Assembly: GCA_963792415.1 (NCBI GenBank) | Contig: CAWBVY010000004.1 | Span: 160,001 to 224,000, forward strand | Origin: Candidatus Deferrimicrobiaceae bacterium | GTDB taxonomy: Bacteria > Desulfobacterota > Deferrimicrobia > Deferrimicrobiales > Deferrimicrobiaceae | Direction: 5' to 3' | DNA length: 64,000 nt | In this document: piece by piece, positions 9,955 through 19,057 of the stretch | Numbering within the stretch: the stretch's first letter is position 1 | Layout of the letters: the number at the start of each line of letters is the position of its first letter | Notes under the pieces: model-generated | The model's database searches: none | What the model saw: the letters and a program-made list of their open reading frames with translations, nothing else | What the model was told of the DNA's origin: nothing | Program-made: the position numbers and the translations under genes

Positions 9955-11304
9955 TCATTCCCCCCGCTGCGGGGGGATGCGCCTGTCCGGGTCCGCCTCG
10001 TCGAATTCGAGCCGCTCGAGCTTCCCCGCGACGAAGACAAAGCTCGATATCGCCAGGAGCGCCGTGACGGCGATGAAGATCAGGGCGCCGTCGTAGGAAC
10101 CGGTGCGCTGGACGATGTATCCGATCGCGATGGGCGTGACGATCCCCGACAGGTTGCTGAATGTATTGAACAGTCCGCCGCTGAGCCCGGCCGCTTCCCT
10201 CGGCGCGACGTCGGCGATCACGGTCCAGCCCATCGTCGCGAACCCCCTCCCGAAGACCGCGAGGGACATCAGCGCGATGACGGGCCAGACCCCGCGGACG
10301 TAGACGCAGCCGACGATGCTCGTCGAAAGAAGCATCCCGAGCACGATCGGCGTCTTCCGGGCCCGGCTCAACGAACACCCCCGCCGGAGAAGATGGTCCG
10401 AGAACGCTCCCCCGCCCATCGCCCCGAAGAAGCCGAAGACCGCAGGGACCGTCGCGACGACTCCCGCCTTGAGGACCGGCATCCCCCTGGCCTCGACCAG
10501 GTAGAGCGGAAACCACGTCAGGAAGAACCAGGTAACCGTGGTGAGGAACGCCTGTCCGACGTAGATCCCCACCATCATCCGGTTCCGGAGCAGTCTCGTC
10601 ACGTACCGCCATCTTGAAGGGGCGGCCGGCTGGTCCGACGCCCGGGGCTGGTCCATCCACACCAGCGCACCCCCGCGTTCGATCCGGTCCCGCTCCGCCG
10701 TCGTGATCCGGGGATGGTCCATCGGGCCGTAGATGATACGCGGCCAGGCAACCGCCAGGCCGATGCCGATGATCCCCGTCAGGAAGAAGACCCATCTCCA
10801 GCCGAAGGAGTGCGTCACCCAGCCGATCAGCGGGTAGAAGAGGACCAGCGAAAAGTATTGCGCCGACGCGAAGACGGCGGTAGCCACGCCGCGCTCCGCG
10901 TTCGGGAACCACGCCGACACGATGCGGGCGTTCCCCGGAAAGACCGGCGATGCCGCCAGTCCCAGCAGGAAGCGCAACGCGAACAGCGCGACCACGCCGA
11001 ATGCGGCCGGCACCGAACCGACGAACCCCTGCAGGAAACTCAAGACTCCCCAGGCGAGAAGCGCGAGTCCGTACACCTTTTTCGAGCCGAATCGATCCAG
11101 CAGGGCGCCGCTCGGGATCTGGGCGGCCACGTAGGCCCAGCCGAACGCCGAGAAGAGGTACCCCAGCATCACGGGGCTCAGGTGGAGGTCCGCCGAAACC
11201 GCCGCGCCGGTGATCGACAGGGAAGTGCGGTCCGCGAAGCTTGCGACGCTCACGGCGAAGAGCATGGCCAGCGTGAGGTAGCGGAGCGGCATCTTGGCCG
11301 CCAT
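9955..11304 (-). CDS. MFS transporter, anion:cation symporter (galactonate/glucarate-like)
   Basis: About 12 hydrophobic segments; DRT, QIPSGALLDRFG, WFPNAERG and GYIVQRTGSY motifs. Confidence 0.85.
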   Translation of the reverse strand: MAAKMPLRYLTLAMLFAVSVASFADRTSLSITGAAVSADLHLSPVMLGYLFSAFGWAYVAAQIPSGALLDRFGSKKVYGLALLAWGVLSFLQGFVGSVPAAFGVVALFALRFLLGLAASPVFPGNARIVSAWFPNAERGVATAVFASAQYFSLVLFYPLIGWVTHSFGWRWVFFLTGIIGIGLAVAWPRIIYGPMDHPRITTAERDRIERGGALVWMDQPRASDQPAAPSRWRYVTRLLRNRMMVGIYVGQAFLTTVTWFFLTWFPLYLVEARGMPVLKAGVVATVPAVFGFFGAMGGGAFSDHLLRRGCSLSRARKTPIVLGMLLSTSIVGCVYVRGVWPVIALMSLAVFGRGFATMGWTVIADVAPREAAGLSGGLFNTFSNLSGIVTPIAIGYIVQRTGSYDGALIFIAVTALLAISSFVFVAGKLERLEFDEADPDRRIPPQRGE

Positions 11305-11406
11305 TTACGGGCCGCCCGTCGACGTTCCCTCGTTTCGCCGCGCAGCCTTGACCGTGACGTAGATCGGAAAGACCAGGGACAGGATGATCAATAACCACAA
11401 GAACAT
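11305..11406 (-). CDS. Possible 33-aa single-pass membrane peptide (MFLWLLIILSLVFPIYVTVKAARRNEGTSTGGP)
   Basis: Hydrophobic stretch followed by basic residues; its TAA abuts the MFS ATG; RBS is weak. Confidence 0.35.
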   Translation of the reverse strand: MFLWLLIILSLVFPIYVTVKAARRNEGTSTGGP

Positions 11407-11477
11407 CGCTTTGGGACTCTTTGTGAAAAAGTCGATCCATCCGCATGGGCCTTCCGATGAGGGAATCCCGGGGGAGG

Positions 11478-12500
11478 TCACGTACCGAACCGCGCCAGCA
11501 CCCCCTCCAGGCGCTTTCGCCCGGAGGCCGTCTCCTCGAACGGGTCCTCCTTCAACCGGTGCGGCAGCGCCAGCCGGAAGGCGTCGGAGAGGCACTCCTG
11601 GTCGGGCGAGGGGATCCCCTTGATCGCCGCCAGCGCCCTGGACGCCTTGAGCACCGTGATGTCCCCGCGATGCCCGGCCACGCCCAGCTCCGCGACCACG
11701 GCGACGATCGACTCGAGGATCTCCCCGGGAACCTCGACGCGGGGGAGGGTTGCCCGGGCCGCCACCAGCCGCGCCCGCAGCTCCTCGTCCTTTCGGTCCC
11801 ACTTCTCCTGGAACCCCGCGTCCTCCCCCTCGAACAGCAACACCCGCTCCACGATCGACCTCCGGAACCCGACGTCCCGCTCCCCGGAGATCTCGACGCA
11901 CAACCCGAAACGGTCCAGCAGCTGCGGCCGAAGCTCCCCCTCCTCCGGGTTCATCGTCCCCACCAGAAGGAAACGCGACGGGTGACGGTAGCTCACGCCC
12001 TCCCGCATCACCGCGTTCACACCCGACACCGCCACGTCCAGAAGGACGTCCACCACGTGGTCGTCCAGGAGGTTCACCTCGTCGATGTACAACACGTTCC
12101 CGTTCGCCTTCCCCAGCACACCCATCTCGAACTTCCGGCTCCCCTCCCGAAGCGCCGCCTCCAGGTCCAGGCTCCCCACCACCCGGTCCTCCGACGCGTT
12201 CAGCGCGAGGTCCACAACCTCCACGGGACGGGACGCGTACCGCAGAACCTCCCCCGACGCCTCCCGGGCACGGCACTCGTCGCACAACAGCGTCCCCCGG
12301 ACGCAGCAGAAACGGCAGTCCGACACCACCTCCTTCGGAGGAAGGACCGCCGCGAACGAGCGCACCGCCGTCGTCTTCCCCGTTCCCTTCTCCCCGCGCA
12401 GAAGCACGCCGCCGATCGACGGGTCCACCGCGTTCACCAGCAGGCCCTTCTTCAACAGCTCCTGGCCCACCAAGGCGCTGAAAGGAAAATGCCGCCTCAT
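11478..12500 (-). CDS. Mg/Co-chelatase subunit I-like AAA+ ATPase (ChlI/BchI family)
   Basis: FPFSALVGQE, Walker A GEKGTGKT, LYIDEVNLL, TMNPEEGELRPQLLDRFG, GHRGD and ALPHR motifs. Confidence 0.88.
   Translation of the reverse strand: MRRHFPFSALVGQELLKKGLLVNAVDPSIGGVLLRGEKGTGKTTAVRSFAAVLPPKEVVSDCRFCCVRGTLLCDECRAREASGEVLRYASRPVEVVDLALNASEDRVVGSLDLEAALREGSRKFEMGVLGKANGNVLYIDEVNLLDDHVVDVLLDVAVSGVNAVMREGVSYRHPSRFLLVGTMNPEEGELRPQLLDRFGLCVEISGERDVGFRRSIVERVLLFEGEDAGFQEKWDRKDEELRARLVAARATLPRVEVPGEILESIVAVVAELGVAGHRGDITVLKASRALAAIKGIPSPDQECLSDAFRLALPHRLKEDPFEETASGRKRLEGVLARFGT
11773..12488. repeat. Direct repeat, copy 1 (~716 bp, ~99% identical to 14354..15069)
   Basis: By-eye alignment at a constant offset of 2581 bp with about 8 mismatches. 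Confidence 0.95.
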
Positions 12501-12889
12501 TTTCCGCCCTTTCCCCGGCTCGCGTCGGCGCCCAGCCACTCCTCGCCGCCCGCCGGGCAGAAGGCGCGCCACCGGATGCGGAAGTAGTCGTCCCCGAGCC
12601 AGTCCATGATGTCCGCCCCGCGCTCCCCGGTGAACCCGAACGAACGGTCGAACTCGACCACCATCACCTTGCGCTGCTCGTTGTCGTAGATCCTGAGCCA
12701 GTAGGTCCCGTCCGCAAGCTCCCCCGCGTCGATGGGGACGAGGTCGGAGTATTGCAGCGCCAGCCGGCGCGACAGCGTCGCCAGTCCCATCGGCACGCCG
12801 TTGACGAAGAGGATCTTCTTCCCGTCCCCGACCTTTCCGTACCGGTCTTCGATCTCCCGCCGGGCGATCGTGACCTTCCGCTCCTCCAC
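12497..12889 (-). CDS. Hypothetical ~130-aa protein between the two chelatase-like genes
   Basis: C-terminal part of ORF 12497..14866 (VEERKVTIARREIEDRYG...YWLRIYDNEQRKVMVVEFD...DWLGDDYFRIRW); globular-protein-like composition, GGAGG before GTG, ATGA overlap with the chlI-like gene. Confidence 0.7.
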   Translation of the reverse strand: MEERKVTIARREIEDRYGKVGDGKKILFVNGVPMGLATLSRRLALQYSDLVPIDAGELADGTYWLRIYDNEQRKVMVVEFDRSFGFTGERGADIMDWLGDDYFRIRWRAFCPAGGEEWLGADASRGKGGK

Positions 12890-12918
12890 GGCACCCACCT
12901 CCCCGCGCCCTTCCCCGG

Positions 12919-15078
12919 TCACAACGCCATCCGGCTGCGGATCGCCTTCAGGATTCCGGCGCGGCTCATCTCGGCCAGAGAGAAGTACTTCGCGCCCATC
13001 GCGTCGGCCACCGTCCGCGCCGGCCCGTCGGAGAAGATCCCGCGCGTCCTGACCGATTTCTGGGTCGCCTCCATGGCGGACCGCAGCGCCGCCGGCCCCG
13101 CCACCATCCGGTCCGCGTCGATCACGAGCGAGGTGACCCCCATCTTCCGGATCGTCCTCGCGATCTTCACCGCCTCCTCCAGCGGCTCGCCGCCGAAGTA
13201 CGCCACGTTCGCACGCCCGTCGGTGATCAGGGCGAGGATGGCTCTCCGGCCCGGTTCGCGCACCTGCTCCATCTCCAGCGTCTTCACCGCCGCGAACAAC
13301 CCGATGGAGAGCGGCGTGGTCCCCCCCGAGGCGAGCCAGGTGAGCTGCATCGCGGCCTGCGACGCGCTCCCGGTCGGCGGCACGACCACCTCCCCCACCG
13401 AGTCGCGGAAGGTGATCAGACCCACCCGGTCGCGCTTCACGTAACTGTCCCGGAGCAGGGAGAGGACCGCGCCCTTGGTCGCCACCATCCGCTGCTGCGT
13501 CTCCATCGAGCCGGAGGCGTCCATCACCACGAGGACGAGGTTCCCCACCTTCCGCTCCCGCTGCTTCCCCCGCAGGTCGGAGAGCCCGATCCGGACCCGA
13601 TGCGTCACCCGGTCCACGTGCCCCCCCGCGGCGGCGGCGAACAGCGTCGCGTCGATGGCGATGTCCCTTCCCTTCTCCCACGGGACGCTGCGGACGTACC
13701 GGCCGCGCGAACTTTTCGTGCGCGACGTGCTCCGCTTTCCGACCGCGTCGGAAAGCTTTCTCCCCTTCGGGGCGACGATTCTGCGCACCTCGTACGGGTC
13801 GGAAGGGGTGATGATGCTCTCCTCGACGTATCCCTGGCAGTAGTCGCATTCCGGATCGCCGCACGTCGGCGGCCCCGGGCGTCCCGAAGACGCCTCCGCC
13901 GCCTCGTACCGGTGGCGCTTCGCCCGCGCATGCTCGATCGCCTGGCGCTCCCGCTCCTGCGTCGTCTCCGCGGGAGCCCGGAAGATCACGCCGCCGCGCT
14001 TCATCCCGTGGGTCGTCCCGGGAAGGGGGACCACGGGCCCGCGATCCTCCTCGTCGGCAAGCTCCCCGGGGAAGGCCCACGACAGGAGACGTTCCACGTG
14101 GTACGCCCGCGCCGCGCTCACCCCCGCCCGGGGGACGCGGTGCGGGAGGGCCAGGCGGATCGCGTCGCGCATGTCGGCCGCCTCCAGCTCCTCGCCCCCG
14201 CGCAGGCACGCCAGCGCACGGGCGGTCTTGAGGATCGCCAGATCCCCCCGGTGCCCCGCGATCCCGAGGGTGTTGTTCACTTCCGCCACGGTGTTCACGA
14301 GATGCTCCCCGACGTACACCCGCCCGAGGCGGGCCCGCGCGTCGCGCACCACGGCCCGCAGCTCCTCGTCCTTTCGGTCCCACTTCTCCTGGAACCCGGC
14401 GTCCTCCCCCTCGAACAGCAACACCCGCTCCACGATCGACCTCCGGAACCCGACGTCCCGCTCCCCGGAGATCTCGACGCACAACCCGAAACGGTCCAGC
14501 AGCTGCGGCCGAAGCTCCCCCTCCTCCGGGTTCATCGTCCCCACCAGAAGGAAACGCGACGGGTGACGGTAGCTCACGCCCTCCCGCATCACCGCGTTCA
14601 CACCCGACACCGCCACGTCCAGAAGGACGTCCACCACGTGGTCGTCCAGGAGGTTCACCTCGTCGATGTACAACACGTTCCCGTTCGCCTTCCCCAGCAC
14701 ACCCATCTCGAACTTCCGGCTCCCCTCCCGAAGCGCCGCCTCCAGGTCCAGGCTCCCCACCACCCGGTCCTCCGACGCGTTCAGCGCGAGGTCCACAACC
14801 TCCACGGGACGGGACGCGTACCGAAGCGTCTCCCCCGACGCCTCCCGGGCACGGCACTCGTCGCACAACAGCGTCCCCCGGACGCAGCAGAAACGGCAGT
14901 CCGACACCACCTCCTTCGGAGGAAGGACCGCCGCGAACGAGCGCACCGCCGTCGTCTTCCCCGTTCCCTTCTCCCCGCGCAGAAGCACGCCGCCGATCGA
15001 CGGGTCCACCGCGTTCACAAGGAGGCCCTTCTTCAGCAGCTCCTGGCCCACCAAGGCGCTGAAAGGAAACGTATTCAT
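12919..15078 (-). CDS. Mg/Co-chelatase subunit D-like protein (AAA+ domain, linker, VWA domain)
   Basis: N-terminal AAA+ module with intact Walker A/B; C-terminal VWA MIDAS motif DASGSM, GGTTPL and LITDGRAN; the linker carries CGDPECDYC. Confidence 0.88.
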   Translation of the reverse strand: MNTFPFSALVGQELLKKGLLVNAVDPSIGGVLLRGEKGTGKTTAVRSFAAVLPPKEVVSDCRFCCVRGTLLCDECRAREASGETLRYASRPVEVVDLALNASEDRVVGSLDLEAALREGSRKFEMGVLGKANGNVLYIDEVNLLDDHVVDVLLDVAVSGVNAVMREGVSYRHPSRFLLVGTMNPEEGELRPQLLDRFGLCVEISGERDVGFRRSIVERVLLFEGEDAGFQEKWDRKDEELRAVVRDARARLGRVYVGEHLVNTVAEVNNTLGIAGHRGDLAILKTARALACLRGGEELEAADMRDAIRLALPHRVPRAGVSAARAYHVERLLSWAFPGELADEEDRGPVVPLPGTTHGMKRGGVIFRAPAETTQERERQAIEHARAKRHRYEAAEASSGRPGPPTCGDPECDYCQGYVEESIITPSDPYEVRRIVAPKGRKLSDAVGKRSTSRTKSSRGRYVRSVPWEKGRDIAIDATLFAAAAGGHVDRVTHRVRIGLSDLRGKQRERKVGNLVLVVMDASGSMETQQRMVATKGAVLSLLRDSYVKRDRVGLITFRDSVGEVVVPPTGSASQAAMQLTWLASGGTTPLSIGLFAAVKTLEMEQVREPGRRAILALITDGRANVAYFGGEPLEEAVKIARTIRKMGVTSLVIDADRMVAGPAALRSAMEATQKSVRTRGIFSDGPARTVADAMGAKYFSLAEMSRAGILKAIRSRMAL
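14354..15069. repeat. Direct repeat, copy 2 (~716 bp)
   Basis: Matches 11773..12488. Confidence 0.95.
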
Positions 15079-15127
15079 CGGATGAGTATATCAGTGGAAA
15101 CGCATGCCACCGGAAAGCGCCCGCACG

Positions 15128-15643
15128 TTACGCCAGGAAGAACTCCTCGCCGGGGGGAAGCGCCTGCATCAGCGCGATCAGGTGGGACCGGATCCCCTCG
15201 GGGGGATCGCCGGCCCGGGGGGTGCCGGTTTTCCGCAACGCGTCGATATACCCGCGGCACTCCGGGCACGCGGCGCAGTGGCTCTCGACGAGGAGCGCCG
15301 TGGCCGAGGAGAGCTCCCCGGCGGCGGCCGCCCCGACGAGATCCGCGACCTTTTCCCGCCGGTCCCGCTCGATCTGATCCCGGTACTCGCGCATCTTTTC
15401 GGGATACTTCAGCGCCGAGGAGCGGACGAAGGCTTCCAGCCGTTCGCGGACCTCGACCGGGATCGCGTACTCGATCGTCTCCCGAAGCTTCCGGGTCCCT
15501 TCACAGGTTGCCCGGAACGTCTTCGTGAACGCCATGCACGGCTCGCACCGCGAGAGATGGCCATCGAGTTCCTCGCGCAGCCGGGGATCCATCGACCCGT
15601 TGCAGTAATCCGCGAGCATGTACGCCAGTTCCTTGCAATTCAC
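15128..15643 (-). CDS. Zinc-binding anti-sigma factor with two zf-HC2-like motifs
   Basis: CKEL...HLSRCEPC and a second HCAACPEC; directly downstream of the ECF sigma gene. Confidence 0.8.
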   Translation of the reverse strand: MNCKELAYMLADYCNGSMDPRLREELDGHLSRCEPCMAFTKTFRATCEGTRKLRETIEYAIPVEVRERLEAFVRSSALKYPEKMREYRDQIERDRREKVADLVGAAAAGELSSATALLVESHCAACPECRGYIDALRKTGTPRAGDPPEGIRSHLIALMQALPPGEEFFLA

Positions 15644-15647
15644 GGCG

Positions 15648-16253
15648 TCACTCCGCCCTCCCCTCCCGCAGGTAGCGGGAGAGCTGCTCGCGCAGGTAAA
15701 GACGGGCCCGGTGCAGGCGGGACTTGATCGCGGGAACGGTGAGACCGAGGACCTTGGCCGCCTCCTCGTTGGACAGCCCCTCCACGTCGCTCAGGACGAA
15801 GACGACACGGTACTTCTCGGAAAGCTCCTCGGTGAATTTGCGGATCATCCGGCCCAGTTCCTCGTTGAGCGCATCCCGCTCGACCTCCTTGCTCCAGTCG
15901 TCCATCGGAGAGGCGTGCATCCCTTCATCGGTGAACATGGGCATGAACTCCTCGATCGAAACGGTTTCGCTCCGCCTCTTCCCGCGGAGGCGCATGAGGC
16001 ACGTGTTCACGCAGATCCGGTATATCCACGAGTAGAAGGCGGAGTTTCCCTGGAACGTCCCCACCTTCCGGATCACGGTCATGAACACGTCCTGCGTCGC
16101 CTCCTCGGCGTCGCTCTCGTTCTTCAGGATCGACATCGCAAGGTTGAAGATCTTCCCCTGGTACAGCCGGAGCAATTCGACGACCGCGCCCGGGTCCCCC
16201 TTGCGAAGGCTCTCCAGAAGAACCTCGTCATCCTTCCACCGCTCGGCGGACAT
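15648..16253 (-). CDS. ECF-family RNA polymerase sigma-70 factor
   Basis: DAEEATQDVF, FYSWIYRICVN and region 4 LSDVEGLSNEEAAKVLGLTVPAIKSRLHRAR. Confidence 0.92.
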   Translation of the reverse strand: MSAERWKDDEVLLESLRKGDPGAVVELLRLYQGKIFNLAMSILKNESDAEEATQDVFMTVIRKVGTFQGNSAFYSWIYRICVNTCLMRLRGKRRSETVSIEEFMPMFTDEGMHASPMDDWSKEVERDALNEELGRMIRKFTEELSEKYRVVFVLSDVEGLSNEEAAKVLGLTVPAIKSRLHRARLYLREQLSRYLREGRAE

Positions 16254-16472
16254 GCACGACTCCTTATTTGATTCCGACACCCCGGGAGAGTTTCCGGCCT
16301 CTCCCCGAAAAAACAAGCAGTACCACGTTTCTTTCCGGGGGCGCAAGCCCGTCGCAGCCTCGCCCCGCCGCCAGGATAAAATAGCGCAATAAACTTTGCG
16401 GATCGGACCGGTTCGCTTAAAATGGGAAGGCATGGGATCCGGCGGAAGAAGGTTCCCGCGGAAAGAGACGAC

Positions 16473-16634
16473 GTGAAGAAACACCACTGGATGCTGATCG
16501 CCATGATGACGGCGGGGACGGCGACCTTTCTCCTGGCCTTCCTCCGTCGGCGGGACGCCGCTTTGGCCCCTCGCTACGACCGCCCCGCAGGGGGCGAGAG
16601 AGAGGGCGGGTTCGAGCTCTTCATCGGTTCCTGA
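16473..16634 (+). CDS. Possible small membrane-anchored hypothetical protein (53 aa)
   Basis: GTG-KKHHWMLIAMMTAGTATFLLAFLRRR..., one hydrophobic segment; fills the gap between the sigma gene and uvrD. Confidence 0.4.
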   Translation: MKKHHWMLIAMMTAGTATFLLAFLRRRDAALAPRYDRPAGGEREGGFELFIGS

Positions 16635-16637
16635 GAT

Positions 16638-18872
16638 TCAGTCGAGGAACTCCATCGCCACCGCGCGCACGAGGATCTTCTTCAGCCCGTAGACCGGGAA
16701 CCGCGCGATGATCTTCCGGTCCTCCCCTTCCCCCTGGACCGACTCGACCTTCCCCTCGCCGAAGACCGGATGCCGGACCTTGCGCGGACGCTCCGGCGCG
16801 GACTCCTCCTCGTACCGAGGCTCCCTGTGGACGGTCACGCGGTACCCCGAACCCGTTCCGCCGAAGGCGCCCCTTCCCGGTTGAGACGACTCCGGCAGCG
16901 CCCCGTCGGTCCGGCGGACGAGGGCCGCCGGAAGGTCGTAGAGGAAACGGGACGGCGCGGCGTCCCGGTACGAGCCGAACATGTTCCTCCGTCGGACGAG
17001 CGACAGGAAGACCCTCTCCCGGGCCCGGGTGATCCCCACGTAGAAGAGGCGCCGCTCCTCTTCGATTTCGTGCGGCGAATCGACCGACCGCGAGTGGGGC
17101 AGCAACCCGTCTTCCAGCCCGACGAGAAACACGACGTCGAACTCCAGCCCCTTGGCGTTGTGCAGCGTCATCAGGCGCACCGCTTCGGACTCTTCGCCGC
17201 CCGCTTCCTCGGCGGCCAGCGTCACCTTTTCGAGGAATTCCAGCACCCCTTCCTCGCCCGCCCCCGTAAACGCCTCCGCCAGCCGGAGCAGTTCGCGGAC
17301 GTGCTCCAGGTCCTCCTCTCTCCCGGCGCCTTCGCGCCCCTCCCCCGGTTCCCGCGCCGACGCCTCCAGGGCGTCGAGGTACCCCGCCCCCGAAAGCAGG
17401 GCGTGCAGCGCCTCCGCGGGGGACATCTGGGGAAGCTCCGCGAGCCACAGGGCGCGGAACGAGAAGAGGGGCGCCAGATTCGGGATCCGCGCGAGCGCGC
17501 CCGAAGGGGGGATTCCCTCGCGCCGCGCCGCGGCGCGCGCCTTTTCGAGCGTCACCTCCCCCACGCCGCGTCGGGGAAACTTGAGGAGACGCTTGAGCGA
17601 GACGGCGTCGTCGGGGTGGAGGAACCATTTCAGGTACGACACCGCGTCGCGCACCGCCGCCCGCTCGTAGAAGGAGAGCGCCCCCCGGAGGACGTACGGG
17701 ATCCGCAACATGCGCAGCGCGTCTTCGATCGCCCGCGACTGGGCGTTCACCCGGTAGAAGACGGCGATCTCCGTGGGAGCGATCCCGGAGCGGATCTCGC
17801 GCGCAACGGCGGCCGCGACCTCCTGCGCCTCGGCCTCCTGGTCGGCGTAGACCGACATCGCGGGCCGCTCCCCCCCTTCCCTCGCCGGGGTGATCTTCTT
17901 CTCCCGCCGGGAGCGGTTTTTCGCGATGAGGGCGCCCGCGACCGAGAGGATCGCGGCGCGGCTGCGGTAATTCGTCGACAGATGGATCACCTTCGCGCCC
18001 GGGTGTCTGCCCTCGAAGGAGAGCATCGGGGCCGCGGAGGCGCCGCGCCATCCGTAGATCGACTGGTCCTCGTCCCCCACGGCGCAGAACGAGTCGGCCC
18101 CCCGGGCGATGAGCTCCGTGAGCTCCGCCTGGGCGCCGTCGACGTCCTGGAACTCGTCGACGAGCAGATGACGAACTTCGGAACGGACCGCGGCGAGCAC
18201 GTCCGGCGCGCCTCGAAGCAGCGTCACGGGGAGCCGGATGAGGTCGGTGAAGTCGACCGCCCCCGCTTCCGCGAGGGCCTCGTCGTACGCCTTCCCCACC
18301 TGCCCGGCCGTCGTGATGACGCGCCAGCCCGCGGAAAGCGCCGCCTGCTCGACGGAGACCCCGTCCCGCTTCGCCCGCTCGATGAGCCACCCGAACTTCG
18401 CCGGGGGAAACTTCTTCTCGTCGACGTTCAGATCCTTCAGGATCCGCTTCAACGCGTCGTGCTGATCCCGGGTGTCGTAGATGACGAAGCGCGGGGAGAG
18501 GCCGATGCGATTTCCGTGGCGCCGCAGGAGGGTCGCGCCGAAGGCGTGGAAGGTTCCCAGCCAGGGGACGTCCGTCCTGCCCGAACCTCCGCGGAACGAC
18601 CGGGCCGCCACGTCCCCAGCGGACGGTCCCCCGCCGGGGGCGAGCGCCTTCGCCACCCGCTCCCGCATCTCCCCCGCCGCCCGGTTCGTGAAGGTGATCC
18701 CGAGGATGCTCCTCGCGGGCACGCCGTCGCGAAGCAGCCGGACGATGCGGGCCACGATCGCCCGCGTCTTGCCCGATCCGGCCCCCGCCACCAGGAGAAG
18801 CGGCCCCCCGTCGTGCAGGACCGCGCGACGCTGGTCGGGATCGAGCGTGGTGAAGATCGGGTCGGAAAGCAT
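16638..18872 (-). CDS. UvrD/PcrA-family superfamily 1 DNA helicase
   Basis: AGAGSGKT, TFTNRAA, LVDEFQD, VGDEDQSIYGWRGA, NYRS, MTLHNAKGLEF, EEERRLFYVGITRA and C-terminal VRHPVFGEG. Confidence 0.93.
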   Translation of the reverse strand: MLSDPIFTTLDPDQRRAVLHDGGPLLLVAGAGSGKTRAIVARIVRLLRDGVPARSILGITFTNRAAGEMRERVAKALAPGGGPSAGDVAARSFRGGSGRTDVPWLGTFHAFGATLLRRHGNRIGLSPRFVIYDTRDQHDALKRILKDLNVDEKKFPPAKFGWLIERAKRDGVSVEQAALSAGWRVITTAGQVGKAYDEALAEAGAVDFTDLIRLPVTLLRGAPDVLAAVRSEVRHLLVDEFQDVDGAQAELTELIARGADSFCAVGDEDQSIYGWRGASAAPMLSFEGRHPGAKVIHLSTNYRSRAAILSVAGALIAKNRSRREKKITPAREGGERPAMSVYADQEAEAQEVAAAVAREIRSGIAPTEIAVFYRVNAQSRAIEDALRMLRIPYVLRGALSFYERAAVRDAVSYLKWFLHPDDAVSLKRLLKFPRRGVGEVTLEKARAAARREGIPPSGALARIPNLAPLFSFRALWLAELPQMSPAEALHALLSGAGYLDALEASAREPGEGREGAGREEDLEHVRELLRLAEAFTGAGEEGVLEFLEKVTLAAEEAGGEESEAVRLMTLHNAKGLEFDVVFLVGLEDGLLPHSRSVDSPHEIEEERRLFYVGITRARERVFLSLVRRRNMFGSYRDAAPSRFLYDLPAALVRRTDGALPESSQPGRGAFGGTGSGYRVTVHREPRYEEESAPERPRKVRHPVFGEGKVESVQGEGEDRKIIARFPVYGLKKILVRAVAMEFLD

Positions 18873-19057
18873 CACGGGAACGGATCGTCTCCTTTTCTTA
18901 CGGAACGGTGCAGGGTACCGCATCGAGGGACGGCGTGGAAGGCCGGTTCCGATCGCCGCCGGAAGCGATGCCCCCTTCCTTGCGGAACGCGGCGACCTGC
19001 ATGACACTATTATAAGGTGTTTCGCACCCGGACGACGGACCGACAGGGAGGCGGAGG

